DNA from: a virus
Virus record (IMG/VR): IMGVR_UViG_3300032093_000074
Location: 15,214 to 79,213 of that record
Strand: one strand, 5' to 3'
DNA: 64,000 nucleotides
Position 1 is the first letter of the stretch, and the number at the start of each line of letters is the position of its first letter. Of this stretch, positions 39,989 through 49,289 are shown piece after piece. The position numbers and the translations under genes were made by a program. The notes under the pieces were generated by a model. That model did not search any database. It saw only the letters and a list, made by a program, of their open reading frames with translations, and was not told the origin of the DNA.

Positions 39989-40180
39989 ATGAAGCCAATC
40001 CAACAACTTGCACAAGCTAAGGCGAAAAAGGGCAAGACCCCGCCCAAGCCGTTAGGCCCGCTTCAAACGTTGCCTGAGGGCACGAAGAAGCGAGAAGCAA
40101 AGGCATACCCACTTTTGCCGAACCCATATTCATACCAACATCGAAAGTCAAGTGCTCGGATAAAGATGGTCGATAGATGA
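39989..40180 (+). CDS. small basic protein
   Basis: MKPIQQLAQAKAKK...; coupled to next ORF. Confidence 0.6.
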   Translation: MKPIQQLAQAKAKKGKTPPKPLGPLQTLPEGTKKREAKAYPLLPNPYSYQHRKSSARIKMVDR

Positions 40181-40347
40181 CTCCTGCTAAGAAACTTGCG
40201 GCCAAGATGGCCAAGAAGAAGGCTTACGACCGTCACGAAGAAGGCGAGTCCAAGTACACCGAGCGTGAAGAAACCCGCATGGAAAACAAGGGCTGGTCAG
40301 AGGAACGCTCCGAACGTCGCGCCCATAGGCTGTCCAAGAGGCGCTGA
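40177..40347 (+). CDS. small charged protein (not in ORF track, 56 aa)
   Basis: MTPAKKLAAKMAKKKAYDRHEEG...; ATGA and TGATG overlaps on both sides. Confidence 0.7.
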   Translation: MTPAKKLAAKMAKKKAYDRHEEGESKYTEREETRMENKGWSEERSERRAHRLSKRR

Positions 40348-40616
40348 TGGCATCGCCAGCGTGGCAACGTAGCGAAGGCAAAAACCCTGAAGGTGGGCTG
40401 AACGCTAAGGGGCGGGCCTCGTACAACCGTGCCACTGGGGGCAAGTTGAAGCCGCCGGTGTCCAAGAAGCAGGCCTCGTCGTCGCCTGCGGCAGCTGCCC
40501 GACGCCGGTCTTTCTGCGCCCGTATGGAGGGGATGAAGCGCCTGTTGACGTCCGAGAAAACGAAACGTGATCCCGATAGCCGGATCAACAAAGCCCTACG
40601 CAAGTGGGATTGTTGA
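40347..40616 (+). CDS. small basic conserved phage protein
   Basis: WQRSEGKNPEGGLNAKGRASY...RRSFCARM...ALRKWDC pattern common in aquatic phages. Confidence 0.75.
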   Translation: MASPAWQRSEGKNPEGGLNAKGRASYNRATGGKLKPPVSKKQASSSPAAAARRRSFCARMEGMKRLLTSEKTKRDPDSRINKALRKWDC

Positions 40617-42169
40617 TGGCGGCCGACCCGACGAAGCAACTGGCCGAGAAGAAAGCCAAGAAAAGCCAGCTCGCTGTTGGTGTCCCCGAGCCTGAGACTG
40701 CCCCTGAGAGGGGGTGGGGCTGGTTCGGTGACTTTGTTGGCGATCTGAAAGACGCTGTGACGAATCCTGTGGCGACGGCCAAGCAGATGCCAGGCGAGTT
40801 TCGTCGCACGTTTATTGACCCGATCTACGGCCTCGGCGAGTCGGTCAACCCGTTGGTTAAGCAGAGCCCGATGGAGCGGGTGAACAAGGCTGCCGGCGGT
40901 CTACTTACGGCTGCGGATTTGTTGACGCCGGCGATACCCGAAGGAGCTATTGCTAACCAGGCGACGCGTAAAATAGCTGGGGCCGTTGACGACATCGGTC
41001 TGAACGCCCCAGCGATCCGACCCGTGATAAGCCCGTCTGGGCTTGAGTTCCCCCGAAACTCGGCGACGACGCGATACGAGAGTGCGATGAAAGATTTGGC
41101 GCGGGTCTACGGAAACCGTAGTGCCGTCCCAAGTATCCAGGTGCAGGGCAGCCAGATTCCAAAGATTTTGTCGGCTGGGCAATACGCTCCAGGGTTAGAC
41201 CCCACATCTGGTTATATCGGGCTAGCTAACAGGTTGGCCGCAGAAAAGGGTGTTGACGCGAGGTCTGGCTATGCCGCGATCCGAAACGAGCTGGAACAAA
41301 GTTTGGGCGGCCCCGTATATGGGCACATTAGAAACCCCCTCGACGTGCAGACTGCCAGCCAATACCGGACGCCCCGAGCGTTTATGAACGCAGAAGAAGG
41401 CATGTCAAAACAGGCTATAGATGATTACTGGCGCGACTTCGCGGCTCAGGGCATTTTTGATTTCACTCCTAAGCCAGGCGCAACAGTCACCCCAGGTGAC
41501 AGCTACATGATGTTCCGTAGATTTGATGACATCGGGCGCAAAAGTGATTTCCCTAAAATAGTCCAGCCCTATGACCCATCGTTGCCGCCGATTGCCTACA
41601 ACGTCCCAACCCCAGAGGTGTACCAAAAACCGCTGCGTGATATAGGCGAGTATTTTGCGGAAAAAGCCGGCGCGTCACGGCTGCCGTATGCCGAAATTCA
41701 AACGCCGCCAGTTGACGTTGCCGATATGCAAAGGCTTACCGTTATACGCGACGCCAATGAAATGACCCCCACATACGCCCCAGCCACAGAGCAGATGGGC
41801 ATGCGCCTCCGTCGCCAGAACGCTATGCAAACATTGGCAGCTAATAGGGCGCTGGCCGCTCAGGCCCGGGCAGCTGGACTGGACGTAGTCACGGGGCAAA
41901 CAAAACGTGGGTCGGCAATGCTGACAGAGCGGAATCTTGAGCAGCTGCGCGAGAAACCTGGTTTTATGGATTTGTTGATGGAGGAGTTTTTTATTCCAGA
42001 TCGACAAGCCCTTGACTTGGTAGATGAGGACCGGTACCGGGCTCAGCTACGCACGATGGCGCAGGAAATTGCGCGTCAGCGTCGTAGCCAACTAGCGGCC
42101 CGCGCAGCTGTCGCCCCAGAACGCGGGGCAAACGATTTGTTCCTAGCGCGGGAAAAGGATATCGCCTAA
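40616..42169 (+). CDS. hypothetical protein with possible DUF3626-like (ART-like) domain
   Basis: Ordered motifs IL..G.Y, PVYG, T.T.GDS, Y.E.Q. Confidence 0.5.
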   Translation: MAADPTKQLAEKKAKKSQLAVGVPEPETAPERGWGWFGDFVGDLKDAVTNPVATAKQMPGEFRRTFIDPIYGLGESVNPLVKQSPMERVNKAAGGLLTAADLLTPAIPEGAIANQATRKIAGAVDDIGLNAPAIRPVISPSGLEFPRNSATTRYESAMKDLARVYGNRSAVPSIQVQGSQIPKILSAGQYAPGLDPTSGYIGLANRLAAEKGVDARSGYAAIRNELEQSLGGPVYGHIRNPLDVQTASQYRTPRAFMNAEEGMSKQAIDDYWRDFAAQGIFDFTPKPGATVTPGDSYMMFRRFDDIGRKSDFPKIVQPYDPSLPPIAYNVPTPEVYQKPLRDIGEYFAEKAGASRLPYAEIQTPPVDVADMQRLTVIRDANEMTPTYAPATEQMGMRLRRQNAMQTLAANRALAAQARAAGLDVVTGQTKRGSAMLTERNLEQLREKPGFMDLLMEEFFIPDRQALDLVDEDRYRAQLRTMAQEIARQRRSQLAARAAVAPERGANDLFLAREKDIA

Positions 42170-42243
42170 CCCTTAAGGTTGTATTGAGGGTTGTTGCCGA
42201 CTAGGGTAGTCGGAACATATCCGTAGACGCTTGGGAGCCGTAC

Positions 42244-42432
42244 ATGGGAACCACGAAAGAGTTTGAATACGGCGATGCCGTGAAGGTCAAAGGCCTGCAT
42301 GGAGAGTTCGTCGTCCACAGCAAGAACCAGGACGGTTCATATTCGATTTATGGGGGGACGGTAAGTCACCGTCAGTTCAGGGATATCTATCCCGACCGGC
42401 TTACGCCGATCAAACGAAAGGAACGCCCATGA
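42244..42432 (+). CDS. small SH3-like hypothetical protein
   Basis: GDAVKVKGLHGEF...FR..YPDRL; GGAG RBS. Confidence 0.6.
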   Translation: MGTTKEFEYGDAVKVKGLHGEFVVHSKNQDGSYSIYGGTVSHRQFRDIYPDRLTPIKRKERP

Positions 42433-42848
42433 AGAAGATTCTCGTCGCCGCCTTTGCGGCCATGTCCTTGACCGCCAGCCCCGTCGGAGCGACCGAGTGG
42501 CGCTGCCCCAAATGGCACAAGCTCGCGCTTGACGTCGGGTTCAAACGGTCGGATCTCAAGACCCTTGACTACATTTTGTGGCGTGAGAGCCGATGCCGGC
42601 CAGAAGCCAAGGGCTACAACAAGCGGGCCGACGGCAGTGTCTGGTCGACCGACCTTGGGCTCAGCCAAATTAATAATTACAGCTGGGTTACCTACCTTCG
42701 GAACCTCGGGATCATCAAGCACTCCGAGGACCTGTTACACCCACGCACTAACTTGCGAGCTGCGAAAGCCTTGTATGACTACTCAAAGTCCAAGGGCTAC
42801 TCACCGTGGCACCAATGGAGAATCAGTAGTAGCACATACCGAGGGTAA
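42429..42848 (+). CDS. secreted lytic transglycosylase (SLT-like)
   Basis: Signal peptide; RESRC, DLGLSQIN, NLRAAKALY. Confidence 0.8.
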   Translation: MKKILVAAFAAMSLTASPVGATEWRCPKWHKLALDVGFKRSDLKTLDYILWRESRCRPEAKGYNKRADGSVWSTDLGLSQINNYSWVTYLRNLGIIKHSEDLLHPRTNLRAAKALYDYSKSKGYSPWHQWRISSSTYRG

Positions 42849-42877
42849 TGTGGTATAGTAGAATCATGGAGGATCAA

Positions 42878-43402
42878 ATGACCACAGAAATTGAGAAAAC
42901 AACATTCGGTGTCGCCACAGGTGGCACCCCCGAGATCGTCAAAGTGTTCAACCGAGCACTCCTTGACGCTGACGAACTGCGCCAAGAGCTCGCAGACGCC
43001 GGTGACTACACGTCACTCGCCTACGGCCTCGTCGCGTTCAAAGACCTCAAAGCGAACCTGGACATCCTGGTCCGCGCAATCGAGGACGACGTAGCTGCCC
43101 ACCTGCCAGCAAAGAAACACACCATTGAAGGACTCGGCACCTTTGAGCGCCGATCCACCACGTCACGCAAATGGGACTCCGAAGGCCTCATGCAGTACAT
43201 GGTGCGCGACGTCCTTGACCCCGACCGCACTGGTGAAGTCAACTACGACCGCATCTGGGATCTGATCGAGGCCCTCAAAGCCGTGCTGCCCCTCACCGCG
43301 TCGCTTGGCTGGCGTGTCACCGCACTCAAAGAGCTCGGCATGCCCGTGGACAACTTCGCCGAAACAACCTACGGCCGTCAAACAATCTCGGTGGTGAAGT
43401 GA
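42878..43402 (+). CDS. hypothetical protein (recombination module)
   Basis: GGAGG RBS; TGnTATAGT upstream; precedes RecT-like gene. Confidence 0.7.
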   Translation: MTTEIEKTTFGVATGGTPEIVKVFNRALLDADELRQELADAGDYTSLAYGLVAFKDLKANLDILVRAIEDDVAAHLPAKKHTIEGLGTFERRSTTSRKWDSEGLMQYMVRDVLDPDRTGEVNYDRIWDLIEALKAVLPLTASLGWRVTALKELGMPVDNFAETTYGRQTISVVK

Positions 43403-44331
43403 TGAGCGACGTAGAACTGTACGAACACACATGGAAACTCGCCCAACGTGTCAACCAGACACCGTTCGTGCCGAAGTCCATGATGGGCAAACCCGAACAC
43501 GTCCTAGCCTGTGTGCTGTACGGGCGGGAGATCGGGCTCGGCCCAATGCAGGCGCTGAACAGCATCCACGTCATTGAAGGTCGCGCCGCTGCCAGCCCCG
43601 AACTGATGCGAGCACTCGTCGCCAAAGCCGGCCACCGCATCGACATCACCGAAAACACCAACGACGCATGCACCATGAAAGGCAGCCGGCAGGACACCGG
43701 CGCTGAAGCCGTGGTGCGCTGGTCAATGGACGACGCGAAGGCCGCAGGGCTGACGCACAAAGACAACTGGAAAAAGTATCCGCGAGCCATGCTGGCCGCG
43801 CGAGCGACAAGCGAACTGTGTCGCCTGCTTTTCCCAGACGTGATCGCTGGGCTTTCCTACACCCCTGAGGAGGTGGAAAGCATCTCTAACGAGAGGACCG
43901 TGACCCCGTCTCGCCAAGAGATCCAGGAAAGCCCAGCACCGACCGACGAACTGATCGTTGACGCTGTTATCGTGGCCGAGACGGATCAGTCCGTTGTGCA
44001 AGTGGAGGATGGGCCCGAGGTACCTGGGGAGGACATCGCGGGCCCATCCGAAACTGACCCAACCGAAGCCGCGCTGGAGCTCCTGATGGAAGCGTTCCCC
44101 GGCAGTGAGCTCGTTGAAACCGGCGAACCAGTCGCCGAGGCTGAGCTGGTCGATAGCAAAACCGCTGACGAACGACGCAAAGAGATGAAAGCGTGGGGCA
44201 ACTGGAACCGCATCCGTGCCGTAGCAATGCCCATTGCCCGAGGCGAAGGCATGGCCGTCCCACAGAACGTAGACGAGTTCATCAACAACCACACCCTGTA
44301 CACCCTCGTCGCAAAGCAGCTGAGCCGATGA
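43399..44331 (+). CDS. RecT-like single-strand annealing protein
   Basis: GREIGLGPMQALNSIHVIEGR, NWKKYPRAMLAARA...FPDVIAGL.YTPEE. Confidence 0.85.
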   Translation: MMSDVELYEHTWKLAQRVNQTPFVPKSMMGKPEHVLACVLYGREIGLGPMQALNSIHVIEGRAAASPELMRALVAKAGHRIDITENTNDACTMKGSRQDTGAEAVVRWSMDDAKAAGLTHKDNWKKYPRAMLAARATSELCRLLFPDVIAGLSYTPEEVESISNERTVTPSRQEIQESPAPTDELIVDAVIVAETDQSVVQVEDGPEVPGEDIAGPSETDPTEAALELLMEAFPGSELVETGEPVAEAELVDSKTADERRKEMKAWGNWNRIRAVAMPIARGEGMAVPQNVDEFINNHTLYTLVAKQLSR

Positions 44332-44504
44332 TGCCGTTCGGATACGACATGTTCCAAGACCCCGACGTGGTCAAGGAAATGATGGACAACATCGCCAAGA
44401 TCATGAAACGCAACGGCGAGCTGTATGCGATGGTCGGCAAAATGGAACAAGAAATCGGCCAGCTAAGAATGGAGCTGTTACTTCGTGGCGACACACATAG
44501 CTGA
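44328..44504 (+). CDS. small coiled-coil protein
   Basis: Coupled start. Confidence 0.55.
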   Translation: MMPFGYDMFQDPDVVKEMMDNIAKIMKRNGELYAMVGKMEQEIGQLRMELLLRGDTHS

Positions 44505-45111
44505 CATCCCTCGACCCATGTACGCGTACGTCAACACGGCGTACCTGTACGACCATCACCCTGACCACATCGCGTCATGGCAAGAGTGCCTGATCTACGG
44601 CATCTCCGCTATCCCCAGCCGCGCGTGGGGCCTATCCATCCTGATGAACAACGGCGCGATGGTGCAACACCTGCCACCCCAAGCCGTATCGCTTCAAGGC
44701 CACAGCCAAGCCGGCGAGCTCGACCACTACCACGCACTGCCCGACCTGCAAGTCTGGTCATGCTACGGCTACGACTTCGCAGTCCACGAATACGACGCCC
44801 TGTCCGAACTGCGGTGCCGCGTCTACCTCGGTGACGGCACATGGGAACCTGGCCGCTACTGGTTCACCGCCGCGCCCTACGGCGACCACTACGCTCGCAC
44901 ACCCGACCAGCACAAGCATTTCAACTTCGTGTGGCTTGAGTGCGGCGCGCTCGCAGCCCTGCCGGGGAATCGAATGTTGATGAGCGACCCGAGTTTCACC
45001 CACCTGCCCCCCGAAGGGGTGCGGCCGGACTACAGGGTCAACACGCGCTACTGGTACCCCGAAGACCCGTGGCTAAAGTTCGATAAAACTATTACGGAGG
45101 TAACAGGATGA
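44485..45111 (+). CDS. conserved hypothetical phage protein
   Basis: His/Tyr/Trp-rich 208 aa; PDQHKH, PGNR. Confidence 0.7.
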   Translation: MATHIADIPRPMYAYVNTAYLYDHHPDHIASWQECLIYGISAIPSRAWGLSILMNNGAMVQHLPPQAVSLQGHSQAGELDHYHALPDLQVWSCYGYDFAVHEYDALSELRCRVYLGDGTWEPGRYWFTAAPYGDHYARTPDQHKHFNFVWLECGALAALPGNRMLMSDPSFTHLPPEGVRPDYRVNTRYWYPEDPWLKFDKTITEVTG

Positions 45112-45323
45112 ACCGCGAAGAATGGCTTGACTTTGGTTTCGACCACGGTTTTTGTAGCAGGCCCGTGTGTGCCGTGCACGACTGGCTCCCGTCTACAGCT
45201 GAAGAAGAACAAGACTTCTGCGAAGGCTTGGACCCGTGCATTGTGGCGATCCGTGTCTACCACGACGACGCTGAGAAGCAGGCGGTCGAAGACAACGATG
45301 GCATCCTTAAGAGTGGTAGCTGA
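45108..45323 (+). CDS. hypothetical protein
   Basis: C..PVC..HD...DPC motif; coupled. Confidence 0.65.
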   Translation: MNREEWLDFGFDHGFCSRPVCAVHDWLPSTAEEEQDFCEGLDPCIVAIRVYHDDAEKQAVEDNDGILKSGS

Positions 45324-45376
45324 TCGCCCACGATGGAGGACGCGAGCGACCAGCCGCGTCTAATCTACCCAATAGA

Positions 45377-45416
45377 AAAGCCCGAGTCCGGGGTCACACT
45401 TCGGACTCGGGCTTTA
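45377..45416. terminator. bidirectional terminator; loop carries GGGTCACAC
   Basis: AAAGCCCGAGTCCG...CGGACTCGGGCTTT between convergent genes. Confidence 0.75.
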
Positions 45417-45442
45417 CCGCGCTTGGGAGCGAGCGGAGACTA

Positions 45443-45706
45443 TCAGGGCAAGTGTGTGAAAGCAAGTTTGGGTGGCCGCTTGATTCCGTACACGGTGTGG
45501 CCCTTCGGTGTGTTCCTGGAGACAAAGTCGTAGCCCTGGGATTCGTAGCGCCGGCGCAGCCGTTTGCATCGGTGTTTGGCGATACTGCTGGAGGGGAACG
45601 ACCCGAGCGCGGCCCACTGCCCTACGTTCGCGTCAAGGAAGGCGACGAACTCAGCGGCCTTGGCTGAGGCTTCGCGGGGTGGCCGTTCGAGGATGAAGTC
45701 AGACAT
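45443..45706 (-). CDS. small hypothetical protein, divergent from early operon (possible regulator)
   Basis: MSDFILERPP...; only convincing minus-strand gene in B. Confidence 0.6.
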   Translation of the reverse strand: MSDFILERPPREASAKAAEFVAFLDANVGQWAALGSFPSSSIAKHRCKRLRRRYESQGYDFVSRNTPKGHTVYGIKRPPKLAFTHLP

Positions 45707-45731
45707 AGCTACGAGTTTAGTGCGCGAAGGG

Positions 45732-45811
45732 TTGCGCGTCGAGTTGGTTGGTGGTATTGTCGAACACGTCGCCAACCGGCGACACCTTCACAACCTCGAA
45801 AGGGTCACACC
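45732..45811 (+). promoter_or_regulatory. early cassette 1: promoter, 5' hairpin, GAAAGGGTCACACC start motif
   Basis: TTGCGC-17-TATTGT, hairpin GTCGCC-AACC-GGCGAC, motif then ATG. Confidence 0.7.
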
Positions 45812-46366
45812 ATGAGCGCATATTTAGTTAATCAAGACACCATCAACCTATTGGCGTCGGCCGCCCTCGATCCCATGTGGCGAGGCCACGGCGCGCACAC
45901 TTCCGGCGTCAGCGTCTACGCCGAGACAGGCCACCTCAAGTGCCACACCCGCGAGGCCCGCGACTTAGTGCGGCCTGATGGTTGGTCAAAGCGTTTTGAG
46001 GTCTTCGAGGCCACCTATTCCGACGGCGACACCTTGGCCCGCGAACTGGCGGCCGCTAACTATTTTTCGATGATCGCCCGCTACCCCAAAGAACATGACC
46101 TCGCCACCATGTACGAGTACGCCGCCGGCCACTCCTTCCAGCGCATTAGCGCGGCCGAGGCCACGCGCCTCGACGTGCTCGGGGCCATCAACTGCTACAG
46201 GTACCAAAGCTGCGAAGCGGGCGACGAATACGACCGACTTTGGGGCCGGTTCTGCCAGGCGCTAGAACGCCGCGTGGTGTCCGAGTTGCCTGGTGTTGGT
46301 TGGGAATACAAGCGCCCCGAGTCGGCCCCCGTGTCGATCTTCGAGCTGTCGCAGAAGGGCAAGTGA
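45812..46366 (+). CDS. hypothetical early protein
   Basis: N..S..ARY...CYRYQSCE pattern typical of phage early genes. Confidence 0.8.
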   Translation: MSAYLVNQDTINLLASAALDPMWRGHGAHTSGVSVYAETGHLKCHTREARDLVRPDGWSKRFEVFEATYSDGDTLARELAAANYFSMIARYPKEHDLATMYEYAAGHSFQRISAAEATRLDVLGAINCYRYQSCEAGDEYDRLWGRFCQALERRVVSELPGVGWEYKRPESAPVSIFELSQKGK

Positions 46367-46875
46367 TGAGGCCGACATTCACCCCCGAGCAACTCGACCA
46401 CCTGGCCGCCGGCGAAACTGTCGAGGCTGGCGGCGTGGCCTGGACCGTCAACACGTCGGGCGATGCCGATACGCAGCTTGCCGACTTCGATTGCTACGGC
46501 CGCGTCGAGTGGATTGGCCGCCGCCCCGAGATGCAGCGGCCCGCAGGGTTTAGCGGCCGCGCCGAAAAGATCCACACCGGCAGGGATGCTTACTGGTGGG
46601 AGCCGCCGGCAGACATCGCCCCCGCAGTGTGGCACAGTGACGCGCAGCTCCGACGCTCGTTGCGTCACAGTGTTTTAGACATTCTGGCGCATGGTTTCCA
46701 GATTGTGAGCCTGTCCGGCCGGCGGCGGTGCGAGTGTTGCGGCAGTGTGCGGGAGGTCACTGGGGCCGCGCTCGGCGGCGTCGATCCCTTCCCCGACGCC
46801 TCGTACCTGCGGGACATAATCCAGGACCTGGGCAGCATGGTCGACGTTCCCGAGACGGTGGCCGCAGCGCACTAA
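46366..46875 (+). CDS. hypothetical early protein
   Basis: TGATG coupling; CECCG. Confidence 0.7.
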   Translation: MRPTFTPEQLDHLAAGETVEAGGVAWTVNTSGDADTQLADFDCYGRVEWIGRRPEMQRPAGFSGRAEKIHTGRDAYWWEPPADIAPAVWHSDAQLRRSLRHSVLDILAHGFQIVSLSGRRRCECCGSVREVTGAALGGVDPFPDASYLRDIIQDLGSMVDVPETVAAAH

Positions 46876-46897
46876 CCTCGACAAAACTACCCAACCG

Positions 46898-46995
46898 AAA
46901 GAGGCCCGCCCGATCACTTGCGGCGGGCCTCTTTTCGTGTATCATCACACCACGCGCGGCAACGGGCCGCACGTTCACAGAAAGAGGGTCACACC
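46898..46995 (+). promoter_or_regulatory. early cassette 2: terminator hairpin, TATCAT, hairpin, GGGTCACACC
   Basis: AAGAGGCCCGCC...GGCGGGCCTCTTTT then TATCAT. Confidence 0.7.
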
Positions 46996-47658
46996 TTGAG
47001 AATAGTAGAAGTAACCAAGTACAAGGGCGGCCAGGGGGCAACACTTACCGCCGCCATGTTCGCGCTCGTCGCGCTCGAAGATTCCGGCCCGCTGGCCCAG
47101 GTGCTCATTGTGTCGGATTCGCTCGATATCTTTTCTGCCCTGGCGCTGCCCTCCCCCATTAACGGCAGCGGGGCCTACAGTAACGAGCGGCTGCACGTTG
47201 TGAAGGTCGACGACAAGGTGACGCGCAAAGAACTCGAAGACCTGGCCAAAGGGTTCGGCGCTTCGTATGTCGTCACTGACCTCGCCGAGATTATCCGAGA
47301 CGTGAAGAATAGCCGCCCGCTATGGAGGTCGAAAGACGTAGCGCACGAACTGGTGACAGTTTGCCGGCCCTGCTATATGGCCATTCGCTCGACGCTGGCG
47401 GCAAAGAATCCGAACATTCACCACCTGGTGACGTTCGAGGAAGAAGGGCGCGCGCTCACCGTAAAGGACCTGCACACCGTGACGCGGCCCAACCGGATCA
47501 CGGCGGCCAAGTGGGCCCCGACAGTGGCCCGCGCGCTCGATGCTGGCCTACTCCAGCACCGTAGGCCCGCCGAACTCGCCGGCCTGGAGGCTGGGGCCCG
47601 CACTACCTGGGCGGTCCTGGCACTGAAGGCGGCAGACTTGGCGGGGGCTTCGGCATGA
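46996..47658 (+). CDS. CpaE/TadZ/Ssd-like (MinD/ParA superfamily) degenerate ATPase
   Basis: KGGQGAT deviant Walker A; RPCYMAIR...EEGRAL...VARALDAGLL. Confidence 0.65.
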   Translation: MRIVEVTKYKGGQGATLTAAMFALVALEDSGPLAQVLIVSDSLDIFSALALPSPINGSGAYSNERLHVVKVDDKVTRKELEDLAKGFGASYVVTDLAEIIRDVKNSRPLWRSKDVAHELVTVCRPCYMAIRSTLAAKNPNIHHLVTFEEEGRALTVKDLHTVTRPNRITAAKWAPTVARALDAGLLQHRRPAELAGLEAGARTTWAVLALKAADLAGASA

Positions 47659-47930
47659 GCGAATACAACCGCATGACGCGCCGCGCGTTGCTCGACCACC
47701 TCGACAGTGTGGCGGCGGCCCTCCGAGAAAGTGACCGGCCCTCTGCCCTGGAGGTGGCTGCCCTTTGTGCTGCCATTGACCGCGCCGCGCTCGATCAAAT
47801 CCGCGACATACTCGCCCAACCTGACGCCGGCCTCGATTCCCTCGATGAGGTGGCCGAGGTCCTCGAACTGGCAGCGGAACAAAACTTACAAGCAGTCCGA
47901 GACGCGCGCCGAGGGGGTCCGACATGGTGA
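47655..47930 (+). CDS. hypothetical early protein
   Basis: Coupled. Confidence 0.65.
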   Translation: MSEYNRMTRRALLDHLDSVAAALRESDRPSALEVAALCAAIDRAALDQIRDILAQPDAGLDSLDEVAEVLELAAEQNLQAVRDARRGGPTW

Positions 47931-48319
47931 CGCCCTTTCAGGTGTGCCACTGCGGCGGCGCTCCAGGTATGCCGCACCCTTCGGCGTGCCCTTATCCGTA
48001 CTACGGAGACGTGCCGCGCCTGGTCGACGAGTGGCAGCGGGCTAGTGACGAGCGGGCCGAACACTTGGCCAGTGAGCGCGAACTAGCCGGCCTCGACGGG
48101 TTCGGGGAAGTGTTCGCCCTGGCTGCGGCCGAGCGGGCTGCGCTCCTGGTGCGACTGGTGCACCGTCATTTACTCGACGCGTACACGGCCGGCGAGGTGG
48201 TGACCGACGCCGGCGAGATCCTCGACCACCTGCGCGAGGTTCGCAAAGTGTCGCGCGAGTCGATGACCTACGCCCAGGCCTTCGAGTTCGAGAACGCAAC
48301 GCCGGCCCCCTGGCCGTAG
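47924..48319 (+). CDS. hypothetical early protein
   Basis: GAGGGGG RBS. Confidence 0.65.
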   Translation: MVTPFQVCHCGGAPGMPHPSACPYPYYGDVPRLVDEWQRASDERAEHLASERELAGLDGFGEVFALAAAERAALLVRLVHRHLLDAYTAGEVVTDAGEILDHLREVRKVSRESMTYAQAFEFENATPAPWP

Positions 48320-48329
48320 TGCTCGACGA

Positions 48330-48424
48330 TAAAGGCCCGCCAGGTATCCCCCGCCTGGCGGGCCTTTTCGCGTACTGTCACATGTGCCGCCGCTCCTGGC
48401 GGCCCGTAAGAAAGGGTCACACCA
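48330..48424 (+). promoter_or_regulatory. early cassette 3
   Basis: AAAGGCCCGCCAGG...CCTGGCGGGCCTTTT, TACTGT, hairpin, GAAAGGGTCACACC. Confidence 0.7.
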
Positions 48425-48661
48425 ATGAGAACACCACACGCCGCACCGTTCCCCGAAGGGTGCACACTGACGCCGCCCGAGTGCGAAGCCGTCGCCATTG
48501 TCGAGGCAGGTGCGCGCCATTACGAAGCCACGAAGAACGAGCCGGCCCCTACCTCGGCGCTCCTGGCCGTTGTCGTTGCCCTGGCCGGTTGCTTTGTGGT
48601 AATGTCCATCTTCACCGGCCGCACGTCGCGGCCCGTCACACCGAAAGGGTCACACCAATGA
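48425..48661 (+). CDS. small membrane protein
   Basis: Motif-associated ATG; one TM segment. Confidence 0.65.
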   Translation: MRTPHAAPFPEGCTLTPPECEAVAIVEAGARHYEATKNEPAPTSALLAVVVALAGCFVVMSIFTGRTSRPVTPKGSHQ

Positions 48662-49170
48662 GCAACGAAACAACAACCACCACCGGCACAGCTGCGGCCG
48701 CCGCGTTCATCGAGCTTGTCACCAAGTGCAGGGAAACACAGGCGGCCGAGATCGAAGGAGGCGGCCAGGCCGAGGCCTGGGCCATTCGGCCCGCGAGCCT
48801 GGGCACACTTACCGGCCACGAAGCAACGCTGGCGCGCACCGACGCCGACGTGTACAACCTCGTAGAGTCGATGAAGGCGCGCTACGTCACGAAGGCAGGC
48901 CACCCCGACGCGTTGGCCGGCGTGGTCCTCGTAACCTGGGGCTGGGCTGCCCCGCTCGACGAGGCGCGGCCCGAGCATGAGCAAGCGGCACCGAGCAAGC
49001 ACCCGCAGCGCCGCCGCGTACGCCTCATGGCGGCCGTCACTCAGGCCGGCCAGTCTGCCAGCCGCCTCGACTTCTTCGACGTCACGAGCGGCACGATGAC
49101 GGAGCGCATCGACGATGCCGGCGAAGCACGCGGCCCCCTGGCCGACGCCCTGGGGGAGATCTTCTACTAG
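48658..49170 (+). CDS. hypothetical early protein
   Basis: Motif-associated ATG; GWAAP...PSKHPQRRRVRL. Confidence 0.8.
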   Translation: MSNETTTTTGTAAAAAFIELVTKCRETQAAEIEGGGQAEAWAIRPASLGTLTGHEATLARTDADVYNLVESMKARYVTKAGHPDALAGVVLVTWGWAAPLDEARPEHEQAAPSKHPQRRRVRLMAAVTQAGQSASRLDFFDVTSGTMTERIDDAGEARGPLADALGEIFY

Positions 49171-49192
49171 CCCAGGCCTGCACCTACCTCGA

Positions 49193-49289
49193 CAAAGAGG
49201 CCCCGCGCTCGATGACAGGCGCGGGGCCTCTTTTCATGTATCATCACACGCGGCGGCAACAACGCCGCCCACACCGAAAGGGTCACACC
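49193..49289 (+). promoter_or_regulatory. early cassette 4
   Basis: AAAGAGGCCCCGCGC...GCGCGGGGCCTCTTTT, TATCAT, hairpin, GAAAGGGTCACACC. Confidence 0.7.
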
